From Octopus bimaculoides (Eukaryota), in NCBI RefSeq assembly GCF_001194135.2, contig NC_068982.1, forward strand, positions 65,911,049 through 65,961,078: a stretch of DNA of 50,030 nt, written 5' to 3'. The translations under genes and the position numbers were made by a program. Shown one piece after another: positions 13,901 to 25,900 of the stretch. Position 1 is the stretch's first letter. Every line of letters starts with the position of its first letter. The notes under the pieces are model-generated. The model was not told the origin of the DNA. It ran no database searches and was given only the letters and a program-made list of their open reading frames with translations.

Positions 13901-16900
13901 ATGATCAAACAAACTGAGGGTCTGAAGTGACAAATAAGAAACAATGATTAGAAATTGTCAGAAGACACTATTAAAAGTTACACACACATACACAAATACA
14001 CTGAGGTGACAGACACACACAAATATGCAAACAAACACACACAGATACATACTGTTATCCCACACACACTACCACACTACACTCCACAACACTTCCCAAC
14101 TGCACTCTTTTGTCATACCTAACACTGCACCAGTGAAGGAGGAGCTTCTATGTGGTCATTTCACACACCAGAAGTAACAACCACAACTCCCTCAAACCAC
14201 ACCCTACATTATCTAGTGTCTTTAAAAAGGAAAAACTGGATAATGTACACTAATTCCTAAAAAAACAAAAGAGGTGATGGCCATGGATTGATTATCTTTG
14301 CTCATAGGCATGTTTGGTCAGAGTAAAGTTAGGATTAAATAGCATCACACCACAACCACACTATGTTACCCATCTAAACTCCACCACCACAACACCTCTC
14401 CATGCTATATCACATAAACTTGTGTTGGGTCACTCAACATGTTAGCAATAACAGCCCAATCTCTCTCACAAGTCACACTGAAAAGTCTTAAAAAATTAAG
14501 GATACGAGGATAATGTAGTCTGGATTTTTGTTGTTGGCACTCCGTCGCTTACGACGTCGAGGGTTCCAGTTGATCCGATCAACGGAACAGCCTGCTCGTG
14601 AAATTAACATAGTTCTCGGGGATATTCAGCGTGACACAGTGTGACAAGGCTGACCCTTTGAATTACAGGCACAACAGAAACAGGAAGTAAGAGTAAGAGA
14701 AAGTTGTGGTGAAAGAGTACAGCAGGGTTCGCCACCATCCCCTGCTGGAGCCTCGTGGAGCTTTAGATGTTTTTCGCTCAATAAACACTCACAACGCCTG
14801 GTCTGGGAATCGAAAAGTGGAGGCGCAATGGCCCAGTGGTTAGGGCAGCGGACTCGAGGTCATAGGATCGCGGTTAAGGGTACACGTGTCTGTGGAGTGC
14901 TCAGCCACTTGCACGTTAATTTCACGAGCAGGCTGTTCTGTTGATCGGATCAACTGGAACCCTCGACGTCATAAGCGACGGAGTGCCAACACACACCTAT
15001 GATGTTACACTAATGATAATGAAAAAACAAAATCCTTTCATCATTAATTTGTATCCGCTTTTCATGCTGGCATGAGTTGGACCATTCTGAAGTAGAACCA
15101 AAAATAAATGCAGAAACACTTACTCTGAAAGAATCCACAATCTTTTATGGAAAGTTTCCATTACATCCTGAATAGCAGATTCTTGGTGGCATTGTAGCAG
15201 AGTTGGAAGGAGAAGAACCAATTGCTGTATCTGAAAAAATAAGGAATGAGTTTTGGAATCATATACTTGAAATGGACAAACAATTTCCAACATTTTAAAA
15301 TTTACAAGGTCAGAGGTTAGATGGGCAGGGGTCAGATAGACATGGATCAGATGGACATTTCTTATATAGGCAATGAATTACATCATCATAATTTTATGTC
15401 CATTTTCCATGGATCTTCTCTAGCACAGTATCTCCTTACTTGCTGTGGTCCTTTATAATTTCCTTTGTCAGATTTAACAAATTGTGATCAGCCTTCAATA
15501 CTTCTTACCATGTCTTCCTCTTATGCATGTTCCTTTCACTTAAATCATTTAGTTTCTTCATCAAATCTACATCCTCTATATACATAACATGTCCATTGAA
15601 TCCACAGCCTCTAATATACATAATAGATCTGTCTTCTCTTTTGCACTATTACAGCTAATTCCTCGTATACCTATTTTTTTCTCCTGGTTCATTGTACTCC
15701 ATTGCTCATGTACACTAACATTACATGTCCAGCCTAGCATGCTCACTTCTTTTCTTTCTGCTATAAATGTTTGGTTCTAATGCTGCACAAGGACAGTTGC
15801 CACACTAAAAGAGGGAAAAGGAGCATTCAGAGATTTGTTGCCTTGTTAGTAACAAAAGTTTCTCTCAGAATGAACAACAGATTACATGATGCCTATGAAA
15901 GAAAACGTGCACTCTGAATGACAATGCAATGTTGTATGGTGGTGCAATGCTACAATCATGCAGCATAGTGCTTTGTTATATGATAGCATAATGCTACATA
16001 GTAGTGGGATGCAGGCCTTAAAGGTAGAAGATATGCAAAGGCTGGAAAGAAGTGAATTGAGCATACTACAATGGCTGTGTAAAGTTAACATGTGTAAATG
16101 GCAAAATATAAGTGAGCTGAAGGAAAAACGAGAAACCAGATGTAGTGTGCAACAAAGAAGACTGCTTGTATGGACATTGTGATGCATATAAAAGAGGCAG
16201 TGGTATATAGAAGTTATAAAAATTCAAGTGAATGGGAAGATGGAGGACTGGGGGAGACATATGAAGTATCAAAGGTTAATCTTAAGAGACTGAACTTGAT
16301 GAATATTTTTTTACTCGTAGAATCTGGATGAAGGAGCAGTGCGCATATCCTTCACATGCTCTCTAAAACCAGTGAACAAGGTGCCATTAATGTTCCTCTT
16401 CAACCATTGCAAGTCAACATCTACAGGAAATATAGGAGCAGGGAGGGAATTCCAGAGGGTTGACATTCTGAGGAGGAATGACAAATGGCTTACAACTGCA
16501 TAAGTGATGGTGGCATAAACTCAGTCAGTTCTAAGGAGCAGAGGCCATTACAGCAGGAGTAGAGAGAGGAGACAGTACACCTGTAGGCTAGAAGGTTGGA
16601 GGATGTCTAGGATTTTATGCCAATCAGTCAGGTGGCTGCTGTCTTGGATGTTGGTGATGCAATAGCACACATAGTCATCTATCATCACAAATGTGGGAGC
16701 AATACTTCATTGTGGGCCACACCTGAACTTTGTCAGAAAATTATGATAACGGTAAAATGCTGTAATGGAGAAAACATGCCCAAGCAACACAAGCATGGAA
16801 AAATGGGAATAAGAATGACAATGATAATAGTGAAGGCAGTTGAAATGTTTAAGATCAACATTTTGGTTTCCCTTGCCCTTTTGCTCATAACATTATCTAT

Positions 16901-19900
16901 CCCCTCTCCAACTGCCTGTGTAACAAGAGATGACAGTGTATTGTATCTGTCTATGCTAATCCCCCGCTACGTATTTTAGAAGTTATTTTGTGTTGAAGTT
17001 GTTGTATTTGGGTAATTTCAACCAATCAACGGCATGTATTCGGTTGAAGAAAGCTACTACTGTTTGCAATAGTAATCGAAGAGGAACAACTTCTGGGTCA
17101 TCTCTACTAAATGTCACCACTCTGTTCAGAGAATCAACACCATAGAGCAACGAGTACGCAGCTAGCTTTTTGTTGTTGACATATATGTAGTTTCAAAATA
17201 CCTTATTTTACAACTATGAGATGTATTGTTATTGTCATGATTTTATCTTACTATAATCAACAACAAACATATTTCGTCAATATAAAAGTCTTTATTAGAT
17301 AAAAAATAACATTATCAAAACACGAAAGTAAAACAAAACAAATAGTGGCTTCTACACCGGAAAATACGGTAATTGTAGTGGCAGTGACAAGTTCGCTTGC
17401 TGGTTGCTACTTGATAGTGTAGAAGGGAGGGAAAGAGTAAGGAATGCATGGTGCTGCATTGAGATGGAATAGATCCTAATACTCTTTGCAACAACTGTCA
17501 AGTTGTTTCTATTCAATCCCCTCACCAACAACTGTCATATAGCTGTCTACTACTTTCTTTCTCATACTTTCACTTTGGTTCTCTTCTTTTACTCTCACTT
17601 CTATCATCTAAAAACATTAACTTTCCTTCCCAGCCCAAACAAACATAAAAAAAACACACACACAAAAACAACTGCATCATCAATCTCTTTGCCTGACTGG
17701 CTCCAAACCACCAATAATAAGAACAGAGAAACATCAACTGCTGCCATCACCAGAATGTGAGGGTGCGTAGTAAGAAAGTAGACTGTGAAGATACCTATAC
17801 TGTCACTCTGCACCCAATATAATGCATCAATGCATGTACAATGCAGTACAGTCCTCAGCTAAGGGGAGACATGATTAACTGGAAAGAAAAATCTGTAAGT
17901 TGTGCCTCACTGTTTGGCTAATGGCTTAGATGCCCTGAAACTACTTAATCAGGATTGATCTGAAGGCAGGGAGAAAAGAAACAACAAACAAAATAAAAAT
18001 CATAAAATTACTTGAAGCAAGAGTCCATGTAAGAAATTCTGAGAAATTTCACTGGTTTTTTCTGAGGGAATATGTGAGAGAAGTTTATTTATAGTTAGTG
18101 CCAACTGATCTTTTGATACCAAAGGTTTTAAGGCTCTAGCAGCCATCTCTCTGGTTTTCATTATAGGACTGGCAGAACACCTGAAATATATAAACAGTCA
18201 ATTAGTTATACATGGCATAACATTTATTACAGTTACATACATGGGGTATATTGTATAAAGGTTTAGCATGAAGTACACATATGAGACATATTCTAAAACC
18301 TTTATATTATACACATCTTAGCTATATTGTACTAGCCAATGAAAAATGCAGATGCATACTAACAAGAAAAAACTCATTAAAATTAGAGCTTAAAATATTG
18401 CTGATGCTCCGATGGATATGTAATGTCAGTGTGCATACTCAACAGAGTGTAAGTACCTTGAGAGAAAAGTTGGACCTAAGAAGCATCAGTTGTGGTGTGC
18501 AAGAGAGATGATTGCGCTGGTATGGTCATGTGGCCATTTCTCTGCTTCATCAGCAACTACTGTAATAGATTTTGCGTCTTTGAATTAACTAGCATCATGC
18601 CACCTCCTGAGAAGTATGATCCTTGCAGGTGTTCAAGATGATAAACTACAGGTGAGTGCTGACAGCCTGCAAAATGACTTATTCAGTCCTGAAGGAGATG
18701 GAAGCAGAACGAAAGTTAGTAATGGTGGTCAGATAGTGACCATATTATCAGGGCTCAAAACCTGGGCCACATCCCGAGTAACTGGAAAATGAGTTTGTTG
18801 TGGGTAACAAAGACAGAGCAGTGACATCAAGAACTGAAAAGGGAAGACTGTGGTGGAGTGAGTTACAGCAGCATGTGACTGCAATGATTGGCAAGGAGTA
18901 ATGGTTGCCTCAGACACTCATATACCACTTCCATTCAGAAACCCCAACAGACTTATTTCTCTCCTCCTACTCCTGTAACTTTAATGTATCTCACCTCTCA
19001 GAACCTGCAGTAAGCACTTTTCCCAATCTTTCCCACCCAGAAGTGGAACCTTTTGGAATGCTCTCCCAGCTATTTTCTACGGTTGTTCATATTAAACATC
19101 AGCAGCATCAACCTCACAAGTCTGGGAGGAATTGCAAAGATCTTAGACACTGATCCTTCTCCTCTAATTAATTTATAAAAATAAATGTTTTCAGTGCTGC
19201 ATATAAATCTTCCATCGATTCCTGAAATGAATTCTATTGATAGGGTGCTACTGTTATTCTAAAAAGTGTATCACAACAATTCCATTTTTGGAATTATGAC
19301 AGGGAAGGCAATACCTGGTGTGTGTGTGTGTGTGTGTAAGCATATAGGTAATACATACCGGATTATATATGGAATGAAAGCATTTAAATTTAGTCCCATG
19401 TGTATTCCATCTAAAGTTGAAGGATAAAGACGTCCAAGAACGAGAAGAACTGGGTATAGAGTAGGATTTATTGATACAGAACCCTTTTCTTCTCTGAAAT
19501 AGAAAAAAAACCCAAAAAACCTTATACATTAGTGAATCGCCATAATGTCATGATTCTTTCCTACAGGAAGGTATTCAATAACAAATATGTCCCAACAATC
19601 TAGAATATTTTCTAATGGTAATATATATTAATATTATTCAACAAGAATTTAATAAGAGAATCAAAGTATATTAAACTACCAAAACTAATAAAATGACAGA
19701 GATATGAGGCTTACTGAAGCTGAGGGCTTGCTTTATCAATTTGTTCCAACAGAAATTGATACAGACTTGGATAATGAGTGAAGAATGTGCGTCCAGTTTG
19801 ACTGAAAAGATAAAAGAACAATTCTTGGAATTTAGAGATTAAAATAAAAAAAAGTAGGCAATCTTACATTGGTATGAACCCATACTGTAAGATTTATTAG

Positions 19901-22900
19901 AGTCAACAGACTGTATGACAAAAAAGAGACAAACAAAATAATTAATGAATGCAGGGAGAATTTAGAGGAGAGTCTTAAGGTGACAGTGACTGACAACCAA
20001 CATCCTAATGGTGATAGTAGCTGCTGAAGTCTGTTGCATTTACTCAAGTTGTTGGTGATTACCTATTAATGACAGGTAACTTTTATAATGATGATGTAAC
20101 TTAAAGTAATAATTATCTGTTTTTTCTATTTAATATATAGATCAAGAACTTAATACAATATGTTAGCAAATATTACCACATATAAGAACCAACGAGAGAA
20201 CCTCTACCTGGTCAATTAATTATTTTTTAATAAATATAGTTTCCACTTTCTAGTTTACTCACCAATTTTTACGTGGTAGATTTTTATCAAGCTTTGTACG
20301 ATTAACACCAAAAATTCTAGTCATGAGGGAACTCAGTAAAAGTGTGGCAGAATTTGTTATCTGAGAAAAAAAAAAAGAAAACAGAAAAAAAGAAAAGAAA
20401 AATGAAAATTAGTGAGGAAAATTAAAGAATGCAATGTGAATTCAATGCATTTGGTAATTTAAAATCTAGAGATGTAGTTATGGCTGAGTGAGGAGCTGAT
20501 GTGGCTGCACAGTTAAGAAGTTTGCTTCCCAACCCCATAGTTCCAGGTTTGGAACTATTGTGTGACACCTTGGGAAAGTGTTTTCTCCTATCCGATAACC
20601 TCAGGCCAACCAAGATCTTGTGAGTGGACTTGATAGGTGGAAACTGAAAGAGGCCCTCGTATATGTATATATATTTATATATAAGCTGGTACTACATAAA
20701 AAGGACTCAGTCCACTCTGTGGGATAGTTGGTGTTAAGAAGGGCATCGAGCCGTAAAAAACTATGCTGAAATAGACACTGAAGCCTGATGCAGACTTCTG
20801 CCAAGCCAGCTCCTGTCAAACGCTCCAAACTATGCCAGCATGGAAAGAGGATATTAAATGACGATATATATATATACACACACACACATGTATGTCTATA
20901 TAAACATGTGAGTGTAAATGTGTATGTGTTTATGTCTCCTTGTCCTGACATCACAGTTGTAAATGATTGCCATTGTTATACAAGTAGTGAAAACATGTCA
21001 GGCCATGAGGAAATACTACCTTGCATGGAAACAGGTGAGTGTTGGTGACAAGAAGGGCATCTTGTGGTAGAAAATTAGCTTCAATGAACTGCATCTAACT
21101 TACACAAGCATGGAAAAGTAGACATTGAAACAATGATGATGCAAACATGTGTTCCTTTTAAGTAGAGATGACAGCGGCATACATTTCAAGATAAAATCAC
21201 TGGCTCCTTAAAGAATTACAGACTCCAGAACATTGCAACACAAAAGTGTTATATGAACTGTCTATGTAGATGTTATAAAATTTATGTTGTTTGTTGTTAC
21301 AACAATAAAAATAAAATAAAATGCTTCCTTCACTTACAGCCCAGAGATGTGATGAAAATCCTAATATAGCTGCCTTCAGACCATCAGCAACATATGGGGC
21401 AACACTTTCTCCAAGACGAGTATCTCGGTACAAAGAGCGAAGAATATTGAGGGCATGCACCTAAAGTAGAAATAGTGAAAATTAAACAACTTCAAAGCAT
21501 CAACAAATAGATGAAACACAAAATCAAATAGTAGTTAATCATTTTTTTGTTATATATAAACACACACATACATACATATATGCATGCGCGTGCACACACA
21601 CACATACATACATATTGTCTAATTTCATTTAAAAAATGTAATTTTTCTGAGGTTCCTAGCAATCATCATGAATTAAACATGAGAACAGATTTACTAAAGA
21701 AACTGTGATGGTTTCAAATTAAGCATCATCCGCTGTGTCGGTTAAAAAAAAAACCCTGCTTCCTTGAGCATATTTGGCCAATACCAAATTCACTTTATGT
21801 CAAGCTGTATTTCATGTCCCCTCCTTCCATCTCTACCAATTTCTTTTTTACTGTTATGATTCCCATATATATATTTATAATACTTAATCTGTAATACCTG
21901 GCAATTTACAGTACTTGATAAGACATGTCAAGCTAAGTAAAATCACTGTCTTCCATGCATACAGGCTTGTTGTTTCAGGTGCTGGTGCCACATAAAAAGT
22001 ACCTGTGCTAGTGCTGTGTAAATGTACTCTTGCCAGTGACACACAAAAAGCACCAATCACACTCAATTAAGTGGTTGGCATCAGGAAGGGCATCCAGCTG
22101 TAGAAACCATACCACAGCAGACAATTGGAGTCAGGACAGCTCCCTGCTAGCCAGCTCCATGTCAAACTGTCCAATCCAAGCCAGCATGGAAAAACGAACG
22201 TTAAATGATGATGATATCTTAATGAATTGTTTTCTTTTTGTTTATAATTTTATGCTTGCTGTAAATCGAGAAGTTTATGTGAATTAGAGTAAGTCATTTT
22301 ACAACTCTGAGCATAGTAAGTAGGAAGGCAGACAAATCACAAATCTCTTTAGGTAGATGGCCCTGCTTAATCTGGTTTACATTTCATCCAAACAAATATA
22401 TTTTACATTTCTGAAACCTTTAATACAAAAGATCATTCCAAAAAGTTAAATGAGACAAAGAATTAAAAGGTAAATATATATATATAAAAAATAGATAAAC
22501 CTTGCTCTCTGTTGATTTAGAATCAGTGGTGCTTTCATCTGTGGCTAAATCAAGCAACTTAACCATAGTCTGCTTGAAATTCACATTCCCTGTACTGATT
22601 GGTTCTGTGGAAACAATGGCCTAAAAATATTTTAAAATTGAAATAAATCAAGATGAAAATCAGAAATGGGAAATTAATTTTTGTGTCTAATTTACAAGAG
22701 AATGTCAGACTTCAACTTAAAGTTAGATTCCTTGACTTAGTAAGATCTTTTCTGATACTTTAACAAATACCTAAATGATATCAAAGGCTGACGTCTATAT
22801 TATAAAGGAAATGAACTGGTTTAGATAAGATTTTTATACCTCAAAAAAGTCTGACATCTTTTTCTAACATAAAAATTTTAAATTCTTTTCTTAATACTAC

Positions 22901-25900
22901 AAGTATATTTATTCAGGTGAAGTCTTTAAATCCTCTTAGCTTTAGATGATATTTCAACCAAATTATTCCATGATACAAAGATCTGTGGACTAACACACCA
23001 ATATAACATTACTAATGATATATTCTAAAACAAAAATATTGCTGTAGATGCAATGTGGCTGTGTGGTAAGAAGATTGCTTCCCAACCACATGGTTTTAAG
23101 TTCAGACTTACTGAACCAGCACCGTGGGCAAATACCTTTTACTATAGCCCACAAAGCTTTGTGGGTGGATTTGGTTGTGTGTGTGTCTTATTGTCTCCTT
23201 GCCTTGACATTACATGATTGTTGCAAATGAATGTTACCATCATGCAAGCAGTCTCCTTTGCTTCGAATGTTGTGAAAACATGACTGGCCATGGTGAAATA
23301 TCTTGAGGGTTGGTGACAGGAAAGGCATCTGTCTGAAGAAAATCTATCTCAACAAATACTGTCTGATCCATGTCAGAATTGAACAATGGACATTAAGCGA
23401 TGATGATGAAATGAAGGACAAGGCAAATATTTTATAAAGCTTTTCATTTTTTATTCAGTTTACACTTAAAACATCAACTGAATAAAAAGTCACAGTCAGA
23501 AATTTTACATGAAGTCTTTTACATTTATTTGAAACATTTAAACTTTAGGCTTCTACAAAAAATATTGTATTTTCTTGAGTTATCTTGCTATAATATATAA
23601 AATATGCAGAGCTGGACCATTCTAAGTAGGTAACATGTTTGACTACCATTTCATTGAACAGGATGTTACAGTGATTCAATTGTGTCTTCACAAGAAAAAC
23701 ATCAAAACATCTATCCACCAAGCAGTCAGAGCTTTTGAAAATGTTACCTGCAGCAGATTGGTATCTTACTGAGTTGACTCATTTCTCATTAATGAATCTA
23801 AGAGTTAAAATTGGTGATAAAATCACAAACTGAAGATTCTATAGAGTACTGGAAGTTCCCACCACCACTCGTTATTGTAAGAGAAGAAGCAGTCAAAGAA
23901 TCAACAGAGAAACAATGATTCTTAAGAAATTTTATTCACCACATTTTCTATGACTTATCTTGAAGAAATAACTTTTAGACAAAGGATCCCAATCTAAATT
24001 TAAAATATGGAATTATTTGAATTCAAGTAAAAACACAAGGGCTATATTGAATAAAGATCACAGGAACTGGGTTTTAGAGGTTAGTATTAATACTATAAAT
24101 GTACTTGTTTTAACATAAGGATACAAAGTTTTTCTAAGAATAATAAAAAGAGAAAAATCATGAAGGTATATGTTGCATATACTGCACCAATTTAATGATT
24201 TCTCTAAGCTGGTAGTTTCCTAACAACACCACATGAAATGATTGAGTATAGTTTCAAGTTGTGAAACTATCTATATTTAACAATAAAAAATGCTTTTAAT
24301 TTTAATAACGAGTAGCTGTTATAATTGTATTCAATAAATTTATTTCTTTAAAAATATATTGCTCTGCAAGCATGTAGTTTATGACAGATATTAAAAGCAT
24401 CTCTTTGAGACAGTAAAGAACAACATGTCAACTGAAAGGACATGAACCATGCATCTGTCAGTTGGCAGATGTTCTTTTTTATTGATTACATTATAACATC
24501 TTAAGAGTTTTGAACTAATGTATAATCTAAATTATTACTTAACTACTAACTGAATATCCTCAAAAATATCAAGAGGCTTATAAAATCAATATTTGACCTT
24601 AAATGCAATGTGAGATAAATCTCTTCTCTGGATAGGACACCAGCATGTTGTTAATGATTGTTTTTATTCAGTTCTATATTTAAGAGATGAGAAATTATGT
24701 ACATTATTTACATTTGACAGATATTTGTCCTCATCTTGTTTGTTGTTAACACAATGTTTTGGCTGATATACCCTCCAGCCTTCATCAGGTGTCTTGGGGA
24801 AATTTTGAAACGGGGTTCTCATTCCTAAGGTATTTTTCAATGTTGTTGTTGTTATTATTTATCATTATTCAGGCCACTGCAGTGACCTGAACAACAACAA
24901 CAGCAGCAGCCGCCGCCGCCATCGCTGCTACCACCACCACGCCGCCGTCGCTATCAAAAAATACCTTAGGAATGAGAACCCAGTTTCGAAATTTCCCCAA
25001 GACACCTGATGAAGGCTGGAGGGTATATCAGCAGAAACGTTGTGTTAACAANNNNNNNNNNCACCTGATGAAGGCTGGAGGGTATATCAGCAGAAACGTT
25101 GTGTTAACAACAAACAAGATGAGGACAAATATCCGTCAAATGTAAATAATGTAAATGTTTTTATTGTTGTTCAATCCCAAATCAAACTTGATTTTGGAAA
25201 AATTATGATCAAAGGCATTCCAACTATAACCATCCTTTATTTGTAGGGGTATCTAGTACTAGTGTATCTGATTTGTCTTTTATTTTTTTGTTTTCTTTAA
25301 GACAATGGGATTTGATCTGAAGTAGATTTTGTTGCTATTTCTAACATGTCAAGCTTCAACAAAGACGCTTCTTCATGATAATTAGGTGAATTGTGTCCTG
25401 TAGAACTGTCTTGCTTAGGGACATGAAATAACCAACAGATTTGAACTCAAGAAACATGGATTGATAGATCAATATCTAATCCACTTGATCATTATAGTAC
25501 CTGTATATAAAATGGGATTCCTGCACTTCTTCGAGTAGCACAAAACTTGGAGGAAGAATTTTGGCAACTGATAGCATCCATAATATTATCTAACCACTGA
25601 CAGGGCAATGTATGAACAGATGGAATGGAACTTCTACAGAGATGGAAGACAATTTAGAAATTATATTAGTTTTAAACAATTCAGTAACAAGAAAACACAT
25701 GTACAAAACATTCACACATACATAAATACATTCACATCCAGAACAAACACAAACAAAACATGTACATACACAAATATTACATACATTCATATACACAAAG
25801 AAACAAGAACACATAATACACACAGGCCAAACATAATCACTCTGACATGCATAACACCAAACACATAAACACCAGACACACACAGTCCTTCATTTATGCA

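Noticed and set aside
21640-21745. Possible intronic C/D snoRNA (ATGATGA on minus)
   Set aside because: No well-placed CTGA D box or terminal stem; ATGATGA is common here because of (GAT)n tails.
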